From the NCBI GenBank assembly GCA_046543235.1, contig JBKGZT010000018.1:1-23306 (forward strand): a stretch of 23,306 nucleotides of DNA, in the 5' to 3' direction. A model generated the notes under the pieces. That model ran no database searches, was not told the DNA's origin, and saw only the letters and a program-made list of their open reading frames with translations. How positions within the stretch are numbered: the first letter of the stretch is position 1; each line of letters begins with the position of its first letter. Below, one piece after another: positions 1 to 7,237 of this stretch. The position numbers were made by a program, and so were the translations under genes. Source of the stretch: Candidatus Acetothermia bacterium (GTDB lineage: Bacteria > Bipolaricaulota > Bipolaricaulia > M55B111).

Positions 1-1130
1 CTGGCGGGAAGGATCGACATCTCTTTTTGGAGCTCCACGGTCTCGTCGGATGTTATCAGGATGTCGAGGAATTCCGCGGCCAGGTCCTTGTTGTCGGAGT
101 GCCCGTTTATTCCGGTTGGTGTGGTCATACCACCAAGTTGTGGAGGGATCTGTTCGCCTTCTTCGTACGGCGGGAACGGGAAGAAACCCGCTTCCACGTC
201 GGAATTTGCTATGTCGGCGCTGTACCAACTACCCTGGATGAACATTGCTGCTTCTCCGGCGTTGAATATTTCCAGGTCGTCGGTACCGCCGAGACCGGAG
301 TACCCTTCGATAAAGTAACCCTTTTCCGCCCATTCCTGCATCAGTCTGGCGGCTTCTTCGTTCGCGGCGTTGACCCAGGTCATTTCCTCGTCCCACTCGA
401 GAACCATGCTGTCGAGATAGTCCTGGGCCGTGTTTGGTCCGACGTAATGGGACATTACGCTTGCCTGGACTAGGGTGTAGACGTGGAATATCCTGTAATC
501 CTTGAGTCCCGATATGGAAATGGGTTCCACGCCGGCCTCTCTGAGTTGTTCGCATACCTCTTCGAACTCGGAAATGCTCTGGGGGATTTCGAGATCGTGT
601 TCCTCAAATATTTCTTTATTATAGTAGACTCCAACCATTTCTCCGTCGAAACCTACCCCGTACAGGTTGCCCCTTCCCATGGTGCTTCCGTCTTCGCTGT
701 AGCGTGCCCGGTTCCAGAGGGAGGGCGAATAAAGTTTATCGGTCCAGCCGTATTCTTCGTCATAGGGATCCAGGTTGGTTATATGATCACCCCGGACCAG
801 CGGTCCCATCAACTGTTCTCCGGCGTTGACGGTCATTACGTCGGGACCGCCTTCGTCATCTACGGCCGGCATGATCTGAGATTTGATGTCGGACAGAGGG
901 CGGGAGGTTCTCTTGACCTTTACGTTCGGATGTCTCTCCTTGAGCTCTTCGACGGCCGCTTCAACGATGGGGTCTCTGGTCTCCGAATTATGGTTGTCCC
1001 AGATTACCAGAGTTGCCTCTTCCTCCTGAGCTGACGTTACCGGAGAAAAGGCCATCAGTAGACCGAATAAGACTGCCAGACCGAGGACGGCTGAAATTTT
1101 GGCTGAATTAGCAAGATCGTGTTTTGACAT
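1..1130 (-). CDS. Carbohydrate ABC transporter substrate-binding protein (3' end outside the window)
   Basis: Translated manually; absent from the ORF track because there is no stop in the window. ATG at 1130 follows the SD-like AAGGGGTG. Reads MSKHDLANSAKISAVLGLAVLFGLLMAFSPVTSA-QEEEATLVIWDNHN...HPNVKVKR...GPDVMTV...GVYYNKEIFEEHDLEIPQSISEF...GEAAMFIQGSW: a signal peptide plus typical sugar-binding-protein motifs. Frame is open to base 1. Confidence 0.9.
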   Translation of the reverse strand, partial: MSKHDLANSAKISAVLGLAVLFGLLMAFSPVTSAQEEEATLVIWDNHNSETRDPIVEAAVEELKERHPNVKVKRTSRPLSDIKSQIMPAVDDEGGPDVMTVNAGEQLMGPLVRGDHITNLDPYDEEYGWTDKLYSPSLWNRARYSEDGSTMGRGNLYGVGFDGEMVGVYYNKEIFEEHDLEIPQSISEFEEVCEQLREAGVEPISISGLKDYRIFHVYTLVQASVMSHYVGPNTAQDYLDSMVLEWDEEMTWVNAANEEAARLMQEWAEKGYFIEGYSGLGGTDDLEIFNAGEAAMFIQGSWYSADIANSDVEAGFFPFPPYEEGEQIPPQLGGMTTPTGINGHSDNKDLAAEFLDILITSDETVELQKEMSILPA

Positions 1131-1225
1131 TTTAACACCCCTTATTTTTTTTGATTAAACTACATCGACTTAGACTAAAATCCGTTCCTGACTTCAACCC
1201 GTGGAGTTTCCAAAGTTAGAAATGG

Positions 1226-2293
1226 TTAATACAAATCGATACCAGTTTTATCCCCCCTTTTGTTTTCCCCGCCGGATCTTCCGCAGCCACAGGACTGTCG
1301 TATAATTAGTTTGGCCGGGACGACCAGCTGAGGTTGGTTTTCTTCGGCTCTTACCAGGTTTATTAGCTTCTTTGCCGAGAGGTAGCCAAGCTTCTCGGTA
1401 TTCAAATCCACTGTGGTTATCGGCGTAGACAGGTGCTTCGCCAGTTCCGATTCCCCCACTACCACCAGGGCTACGTCCTTCGGCACTGCCTTGTTGAGTT
1501 CCCTCAGGGCTCGAATTGCCCCGGCGGTCTGCACCTCTATAGAGACGTACATCGCCGAAAACGAACATTCGGGAGCCTTCGCCATGACCGTTTCGTAAGC
1601 GGACTGCTCGTGGAGTTCGGTTTCCCAAACTAGCTCCTCTCGGAAAGGAATCCCGGCCTCCTCCAGAGCAGATCGGTAGCCCAGAGTTCTGTTTCGTGAA
1701 ACGGTCAGGTGGGAAGGGCCGGAGAGCATCGCTATCCTTTCGTGGCCGTGTTCCAGAAGGTGCTCCGTTGCCAGCCTGCTTACGTTCAAGTTGTCGTTAT
1801 CGACGTAGGGCACGCTATCCACGGGATCTCCGAGGAAGACCGCGGGGTAGTCGTACTCTCGTATCACGTCCAGGTAGGCGGTGTCCGTGGTCGGGTGGGT
1901 AATTACCGAGCCGCTTACGCCTCCCGTACGGGCCGCGTATTTTATCCTATCGTTTGCTTCCTCCTCTGATTCCACTATCTGAAGGGAAAGGGACATATCC
2001 ATCTCTCTTGTTGCCTGGTGCATGCCGGAGATCATTTTTTGAAAGAACTCGGTCGTAGAGGAAAATACACCCTTTAGCTCGATGGGGATGAGCAAACCTA
2101 TTGTCTCGGAATTGCCCGTTGCCAGGCTTTTGGCGGCTTTATGTGGTCGGTAGTCGAGCTCGCGAGCCGCTTTAAAGACCTTCTGTCGCGTTTCCGAGCT
2201 TACGTGTGGTTTATCATTGAGAGCGAGCGATACTGTCGATTCCGCTACCCCGGCTCTTTCCGCGACGTCGCTTATAGTTGGTTTATTACTCAT
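1226..2293 (-). CDS. LacI-family transcriptional regulator
   Basis: N-terminal HTH TISDVAERAGVAESTVSLALN, hinge LDYRPHKAAKSL, effector domain with HLLEHGHERIA, PITTV and RQSCG. Confidence 0.95.
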   Translation of the reverse strand: MSNKPTISDVAERAGVAESTVSLALNDKPHVSSETRQKVFKAARELDYRPHKAAKSLATGNSETIGLLIPIELKGVFSSTTEFFQKMISGMHQATREMDMSLSLQIVESEEEANDRIKYAARTGGVSGSVITHPTTDTAYLDVIREYDYPAVFLGDPVDSVPYVDNDNLNVSRLATEHLLEHGHERIAMLSGPSHLTVSRNRTLGYRSALEEAGIPFREELVWETELHEQSAYETVMAKAPECSFSAMYVSIEVQTAGAIRALRELNKAVPKDVALVVVGESELAKHLSTPITTVDLNTEKLGYLSAKKLINLVRAEENQPQLVVPAKLIIRQSCGCGRSGGENKRGDKTGIDLY

Positions 2294-2315
2294 GGTTGTT
2301 TTAAGAAATCATTCT

Positions 2316-2329
2316 TCGAACCGCTTTTA
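2316..2329. promoter_or_regulatory. Possible LacI-type operator at the predicted transcription start
   Basis: TCGAACCGCTTTTA has the AAnCGnTT core typical of LacI-family operators. It is an imperfect palindrome directly downstream of the -10 box. Confidence 0.35.
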
Positions 2330-2357
2330 TTTTATCCCCGAAGTCAGCCTAGGTCAA
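2329..2357 (-). promoter_or_regulatory. Putative sigma70 promoter of the lacI-SBP operon
   Basis: Minus strand reads TTGACC (2357-2352), 17 bp, TAAAAT (2334-2329), about 35 bp upstream of the lacI ATG. Confidence 0.6.
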
Positions 2358-2595
2358 GTAAAATATTCGGGGAAGAAAATAAACTTCACAGGGTTTTCAA
2401 GTTAATACCCCCCTCAAGCAACCAAAAAGTGTCGATAAGAAGCATAAAGTAATTCAACCTATAAAGTAAAAACCTCGAAGCCCTTTTAAAAAAGCAGTGA
2501 TCGACCGTTCCGCGTGGGAGTTTAATAGCCAGTTACAACGTTTGAGGCCCGATCTCTAATTTGGAGAAAGAACGAGGCTCTTGATTCCCAGAGAT

Positions 2596-3804
2596 TCAAT
2601 TCCCGGTGGATCCCTCTTCGGCTTTCGCAAGAGCCCTACGGTAGACTTCCCAGGCGGTGAGGCCCGTTTCCTCGGCTAGGTTTCGGCAGGATTCGAACTC
2701 CGGCGAGTAGTTTATCGGTTCTCCTTGCAGGTAACCGACTTTGACGAGTACCTCTCCGTATTCCGTTTGCACCGTATGGGTCTTCCTTTTGAGCTTTCTG
2801 CGCTTTACCTCGTGAAACCGGACGCCGAGGGTGGAGGTTTCCTGAAGTATGATTTCACTTAGCCGGTCTTCCCCTCCTGGTTTTCCGATGACAGTAAGCT
2901 TTACCCCGGGCCGGTTTTTCTTCATCTGAATAGGGGTCTTGAAGACGTCGAGAGCACCGGCTTCCATCAGTCTCTCTTCCACTACCGGGAACAATTCGGG
3001 ATTCATGTCGTCGATGTTGGTTTCCAGGACGACGGCTCGCTCTTTTTTTATACCATTCGGGCTTTCCGGGATGGAAGCCAGGCTTGACCTGAGGAAGTTA
3101 CCACACCCTTTTACTTCCTTTGCACCCAGACCGTAGCCGATGTCCTTTAGTTCAGCCGGTGGGCGGGAGAATTCGTCGACGAAAGTAGAGAGAATAAGGG
3201 CGCCGGTCGGAGTCGTTAGCTCCTTCCGTGTTCCGTTTGAAAACGTCGGAATTCCGCGCCTCCTGAGGAGTTCGGCCGTCGCGGGAGCAGGTACTGGTAG
3301 TTCCCCGTGCTCGGTGTTTACGGTTCCTTCCCCCACGTTTACCTGAGTTGAAAAAACCCCCTCGGGGTCCAGCCTGTAAATGGCAGCGGCGGAGCCGACT
3401 ATATCCGCTATCGAGTCAAGGGCACCTATTTCGTGAAAGTGAACCTCCTCCGGTGATATGCCGTGTATACCGGACTCTACTTCGGCAAGTCTCTCGAACA
3501 TGGATTTGCTCGTCTCGATCACCTCCCCGGGAAGTTCGGAAGCCTCGACCAGGGATATGATCTCGCTCAGACCCCTAGCGCCTGCTTCTTCATTACTTGT
3601 TACTGCGAACCTAGTACCGGTTATCCCTGTTCGCTTTTCGCTCCAGACATTTACCTCGGTCTTTTCAGGCAAGACGTCGTCAATTACCCGGGAGAGGAAG
3701 TCGGGGTCCATACCGAGGTCGAGCAGGCTACCCAGGAACATGTCCCCGCTTATCCCCGATGTGGGCTCGAGAAGTAATATCCTGTTCTCCTCTCTGGAGA
3801 TCAT
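2596..3804 (-). CDS. larC: Nickel-pincer cofactor biosynthesis protein LarC (nickel insertase; C1 and C2 fused)
   Basis: Motifs SGISGDMFLG, VHFHEIGALDSIADIVG, HGELPVPAPAT, ELTTPTGA, LETNIDDM, IQMKKNRPG, ETSTLGVR, PEFE. Overlaps larB by 4 bp. Confidence 0.95.
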   Translation of the reverse strand: MISREENRILLLEPTSGISGDMFLGSLLDLGMDPDFLSRVIDDVLPEKTEVNVWSEKRTGITGTRFAVTSNEEAGARGLSEIISLVEASELPGEVIETSKSMFERLAEVESGIHGISPEEVHFHEIGALDSIADIVGSAAAIYRLDPEGVFSTQVNVGEGTVNTEHGELPVPAPATAELLRRRGIPTFSNGTRKELTTPTGALILSTFVDEFSRPPAELKDIGYGLGAKEVKGCGNFLRSSLASIPESPNGIKKERAVVLETNIDDMNPELFPVVEERLMEAGALDVFKTPIQMKKNRPGVKLTVIGKPGGEDRLSEIILQETSTLGVRFHEVKRRKLKRKTHTVQTEYGEVLVKVGYLQGEPINYSPEFESCRNLAEETGLTAWEVYRRALAKAEEGSTGN

Positions 3805-4583
3805 GGAGTAGGATCATCTCCACCTTTGATACCTCTGATCGTGGACGCGGCAAAGTAACCGGCCCCGTAACCGTCACCTATATTGACCACGGTAACTCCG
3901 GGGGAGCAGGTGTTAAGCATCGTCAGCAGGGGAGAGATTCCATCAAGGTTGGCTCCGTAACCCACCTTCGTGGGGACGGCAACGATCGGCGTGGAGACGA
4001 GGCCCGAAACGACGCTAGGAAGTGCCCCCTCCATTCCGGCGACTACCACTGCCATGTCGGCGCCATCTATTCTCTCCCTGTAGCTTATTACCCTGTGAAG
4101 GCCGGAGACGCCGACGTCGTAAATCGGATCGACCTTTACTCCCATCGAACGTGCAGTTACCTCGCTTTTCTTCGCCACCGGGATGTCAGTGGTTCCGGCA
4201 GTTATGACGGAGATTTTCCCTACCGTTTCTTTCGGATAGCTACCGACGAAGGCGACCCTCGCATCCGGGTAAACGTGAGCTTCTTCGTATTTTTCGTCGA
4301 TGACTTCGAGGGTCCCACCATCAACCCGGGTTGCGATGACCTCGTCCTCCGGATACATTTCGTCCAGGATCTCTAGGACCTGATCCTCGGTTTTGCCTTC
4401 GCAGTATATCGCCTCGGGCGCTCCTCGTCTGAGGTCCCTGTGCGTATCTATTTTTGCGTAACCGATATCCTTAAACGGCAACTCCTCCAGCTTTCCCATA
4501 ACCTCTTCGGTGGATTTATCCCCGTGCTTAAACTCTTCGAGTAAATCCTTCAGTTTTTCCTTGTCCAAAAAATCCTCCTTCAA
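3801..4583 (-). CDS. larB: Nickel-pincer cofactor biosynthesis protein LarB (NaAD carboxylase/hydrolase, PurE-like)
   Basis: Motifs IDTHRDLRRGAPEAIYCEGKT, TAGTTD, DVGVSGLHR, AGMEGALPS, VPTKVGYG, MLNTC. TTG start overlaps the larE stop (TTGA). Confidence 0.95.
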   Translation of the reverse strand: MKEDFLDKEKLKDLLEEFKHGDKSTEEVMGKLEELPFKDIGYAKIDTHRDLRRGAPEAIYCEGKTEDQVLEILDEMYPEDEVIATRVDGGTLEVIDEKYEEAHVYPDARVAFVGSYPKETVGKISVITAGTTDIPVAKKSEVTARSMGVKVDPIYDVGVSGLHRVISYRERIDGADMAVVVAGMEGALPSVVSGLVSTPIVAVPTKVGYGANLDGISPLLTMLNTCSPGVTVVNIGDGYGAGYFAASTIRGIKGGDDPTP

Positions 4584-5419
4584 TGTGTCGATTCTTCGTC
4601 TCCTGCCTCCAACATACTCCCGGAACGATAACCCTCCAGGTCGAGCGTTACGTAACTGTAGCCAACCTTCTTTAGACGTTCGGTTAACCTTTCACGCATT
4701 TCCAGCGCCTTCTTAAAGTCTCCCCGGCGCAGTTCGAGCCGGGCGATCTCGTCGTGGTGCCTTACCCTGAATCCGGAAAAACCGATTTCCTCCAGGTAGT
4801 TCTCGGCTTTTTCGATTGCCTTTAGTTTTTCTTTCGTGACCTCACTGCCGAAAGGAATCCTGGTTGCCAGGCAGGAGTTGGATGGTTTGTCCCAAACCGG
4901 CAGACCGATTTCTTTGCCGAACTTCCTTATTTCCTCCTTTGTCAACCCCGCTTCTTCCAGCGGCCTCTTTACCTCAAGCTCGTCTCCGGCTTGGCGGCCG
5001 GGCCGGTGAGCGGAAAGGTCGTCTTTTATCCCTCCGGTGACTACTTCGTTTAGCCCTTCCTTTTCAGCAACCTTCCGGAGCCTCTGGAATAGGTCCTTCT
5101 TGCAGTGATAACACCTGTCTTCCGGATTGGCTCTAAAGTTCTCGTCTTCCAGGTATGAAATCTCCAGGCTCTTCCAGGGAGCACCGAGCTGTCTGGCCAG
5201 GAGCCTGGCGTCCTCGAGCTCCCCTTCAGGATGTATCGCTCCCCCGGCCGTGACTGCCAGAACTTCCCCGGTTTCGAGAAAGTCGACTGCCGCTTTGAGA
5301 AGAAAGCCGCTGTCGACTCCGCCGGAAGTTCCTACGAGGACGGAGCCGTAGCCTTCGAGGAGGGATTTCAACGAGGCAACCTTTTCCTCGTCCTCGTATT
5401 GAGACAGAGACCCGGGCAC
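4580..5419 (-). CDS. larE: ATP-dependent sulfur transferase LarE (PP-loop, CxxC-C type)
   Basis: PP-loop SGGVDS, NPEDRCYHCK, RPG, WDKPSNSCLATRIPFG, RVRHH..ARLE, VTLDLEGYRSGS. GTG start after GGAGG. Confidence 0.95.
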   Translation of the reverse strand: MPGSLSQYEDEEKVASLKSLLEGYGSVLVGTSGGVDSGFLLKAAVDFLETGEVLAVTAGGAIHPEGELEDARLLARQLGAPWKSLEISYLEDENFRANPEDRCYHCKKDLFQRLRKVAEKEGLNEVVTGGIKDDLSAHRPGRQAGDELEVKRPLEEAGLTKEEIRKFGKEIGLPVWDKPSNSCLATRIPFGSEVTKEKLKAIEKAENYLEEIGFSGFRVRHHDEIARLELRRGDFKKALEMRERLTERLKKVGYSYVTLDLEGYRSGSMLEAGDEESTH

Positions 5420-5424
5420 GGTTT

Positions 5425-5946
5425 TTAATCCTCCAGGCTATTGTAAGAAATGATTTCTTCCAGGACTTTCCGGGGCTTATCTTTCTTTTTCAGAGGTTTT
5501 TTCGGATAGCCCAGCGTCATTAGAGCTATTACTTTGTATCTGTCGGGAATATTTAGGATCTTTTTGGTTTCATCCTGGTCGAACGCCCCGATCCAGCAGG
5601 TTCCAAGGCCCTCCTCGGCGGCGCGAAGGGCGAGGTGGTCGAGGGCTATTGACAGGTCCACTGTCCCGGCCTCTACCTCGCAGCTCATGTAATTTTCCGG
5701 ATCAGTACTGACACCCGCTATTACCACCGGAGCTTCGCGGACGAAACTCTGTCTCCTCGCGACTTCGTAAAGTCTTTCTCTTTTCTCGGGGTCATCCGTC
5801 AGGACGAACTTCCAGTCCTGACGGTTGCTTGCCGAGGGCGCCATCCTGACGGATTCCATAATCTTTTCCAGTTTCTCGCGGCGTACTTTCCTTTCTTTGT
5901 ACGACCTGACTGACCTCCGCTTCAAAATTGCTTCTTTTACTTCCAT
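5425..5946 (-). CDS. Nitroreductase-family flavoprotein (173 aa)
   Basis: Motifs RRSVRSY, APSASNRQDW, GLGTCWIGAF, LGYP. Start reassigned to ATG 5946, which follows GGAGGATAAG; the ORF-track extension to 6081 lacks family motifs. Gap to larE is 5 bp. Confidence 0.9.
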   Translation of the reverse strand: MEVKEAILKRRSVRSYKERKVRREKLEKIMESVRMAPSASNRQDWKFVLTDDPEKRERLYEVARRQSFVREAPVVIAGVSTDPENYMSCEVEAGTVDLSIALDHLALRAAEEGLGTCWIGAFDQDETKKILNIPDRYKVIALMTLGYPKKPLKKKDKPRKVLEEIISYNSLED

Positions 5947-6090
5947 CTTATCCTCCTGTGACTGCCGGTTAAACCCTTCATAAACGGGTATTTTAGTGCT
6001 TATTTCACCTTTGATGACACAATAACGATACGGAAGGTTCGGCAGAAAACAAACCCTCTGAAACGGAAATTGAAACCCCAAGGTGATGAA

Positions 6091-6136
6091 GTCAAGAACC
6101 CCGCCCCAAGGGACGGGGCTTTCTCGGCAGGTTTTG
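6091..6136 (-). mobile_element. IS200/IS605-family miniature element or solo-end remnant (single hairpin, no ORF)
   Basis: Minus strand reads TTAC|CAAAACCTGCCGAGAAAGCCCCGTCCCTTGGGGCGGGGTTCTTGAC. It has an IS608-like TTAC target followed by CAAAAC, an AAAG guide at the foot of a bulged GC hairpin (6099-6118), and a TTGAC right-end-like tail. Confidence 0.65.
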
Positions 6137-6170
6137 GTAAAAATCTCGGTTTGGGAGAGGGGGGCTAAGA

Positions 6171-6199
6171 TTGACTATCGTTATGAATGCCTTTAAAAT
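6171..6199 (+). promoter_or_regulatory. Putative sigma70 promoter of the ABC-2 exporter operon
   Basis: TTGACT (6171-6176), 17 bp, TAAAAT (6194-6199). A TATAAT also lies at 6201-6206. Confidence 0.6.
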
Positions 6200-6289
6200 G
6201 TATAATCATTCTACTCATAACATCCAAAATGATATAGACCAATTTTCGGGTAAGTTATAAATTCTGGATATCTATCGGGGGTAAACGGA

Positions 6290-7237
6290 TTGACCGAAGA
6301 AGAATACCTGCTCGAGACGGAGAATTTGACGAAGGAGTTCGGAGATCTGATTGCCGTCAAGGATTTGAACCTCTCCATAAAGCGAGAGGAAATCTTCGGT
6401 TTTCTCGGTCCGAACGGTGCAGGTAAAACGACCGCCATCAGGATGCTCGTGGGCCTTCTAGAGCCGACGAAGGGTAGCGTTAAGTTCTTCGGAAAGGAGA
6501 TGTTTGACTCCCAGGAAGGGCTAGGGATATGCCCGCAGGACCTGGTTATCTGGGGAGAGCTAACTTGTGAGGAGAACCTCTGGTTCATGGGGAAGATGTA
6601 CGACGTTTCCGAGAGCATCCTTGAAGATAGGGTCACCGGTTTGCTCCGACGTCTCAACCTCTACGAGAAAAGGAACAGTTTGGCCTCCTCTCTCTCCGGG
6701 GGGATGAAGCGGAAGTTGAACATGGGGATGGGGCTGGTCCACGACCCCGAGGTCGTGGTTCTTGACGAGCCGTCCGCCGGTCTTGACCCCCAGTCTCGCT
6801 TTTCCCTGTGGGAATATATTGAGGAACTCCGGGCCGAAAAAGGGAGCACGATAATCCTGACGACGCACTTGATGGAAGAAGCGGATAGGTTGAGCGATCG
6901 GGTGGGGATAATGGATCACGGCGAAATGCTCGTAGTGGATGAACCGGAAAACCTAAAAAGGAGCGTGGGGGAAGGCGATTCCATTTCCGTCGAACTCCGG
7001 GATTCCAGTCGGAATGCCGAAGGCTTGGAAACCCTGAAGGGTATGGAGGGTACAATTGAAGCTCGACAAGTGGAAAAGAAGCTTGTAGTAAGGGCCCTGG
7101 ACGGCGTATCCCGGGTCCCTGATTACGCTGACAATCTGAAGGAGGAAGGTTTTGAGATCTCGGATATATCAGTCAGAAGGACCAATACTCTGGAAGACGT
7201 CTTCATCCACCTGACGGGTAGGGAGTTAAAGCCATGA
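6290..7237 (+). CDS. ABC-2 exporter ATP-binding protein (DrrA/NodI-like)
   Basis: Walker A GPNGAGKTT, signature LSGGMKR, Walker B/D-loop VVVLDEPSAGLD, H-loop TTHLMEEA, C-terminal TLEDVF. TTG start. Confidence 0.95.
   Translation: MTEEEYLLETENLTKEFGDLIAVKDLNLSIKREEIFGFLGPNGAGKTTAIRMLVGLLEPTKGSVKFFGKEMFDSQEGLGICPQDLVIWGELTCEENLWFMGKMYDVSESILEDRVTGLLRRLNLYEKRNSLASSLSGGMKRKLNMGMGLVHDPEVVVLDEPSAGLDPQSRFSLWEYIEELRAEKGSTIILTTHLMEEADRLSDRVGIMDHGEMLVVDEPENLKRSVGEGDSISVELRDSSRNAEGLETLKGMEGTIEARQVEKKLVVRALDGVSRVPDYADNLKEEGFEISDISVRRTNTLEDVFIHLTGRELKP

Noticed and set aside
27-1034. Plus-strand ORFs 27..473 and 483..1034, plus the shorter ORFs in this interval
   Set aside because: They are antisense or out-of-frame shadows of the minus-strand sugar-binding protein gene (1..1130), which has an SD, a signal peptide and family motifs.
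2360-2595. larC-lacI intergenic region as a possible riboswitch or sRNA
   Set aside because: I could see no convincing stems or recognisable conserved motif; an Rfam scan would be needed.
3759-4376. 205-aa plus-strand ORF
   Set aside because: Antisense to larB, with no motifs of its own.
5947-6081. 45-aa N-terminal extension of the nitroreductase in the ORF track
   Set aside because: Family similarity starts at the ATG at 5946, which has a strong SD.
6091-6289. Possible full HEARO/omegaRNA with iscB
   Set aside because: Only the terminal hairpin is present. No RNA scaffold or nuclease ORF follows, and the sequence goes straight into the other end signature and a promoter.
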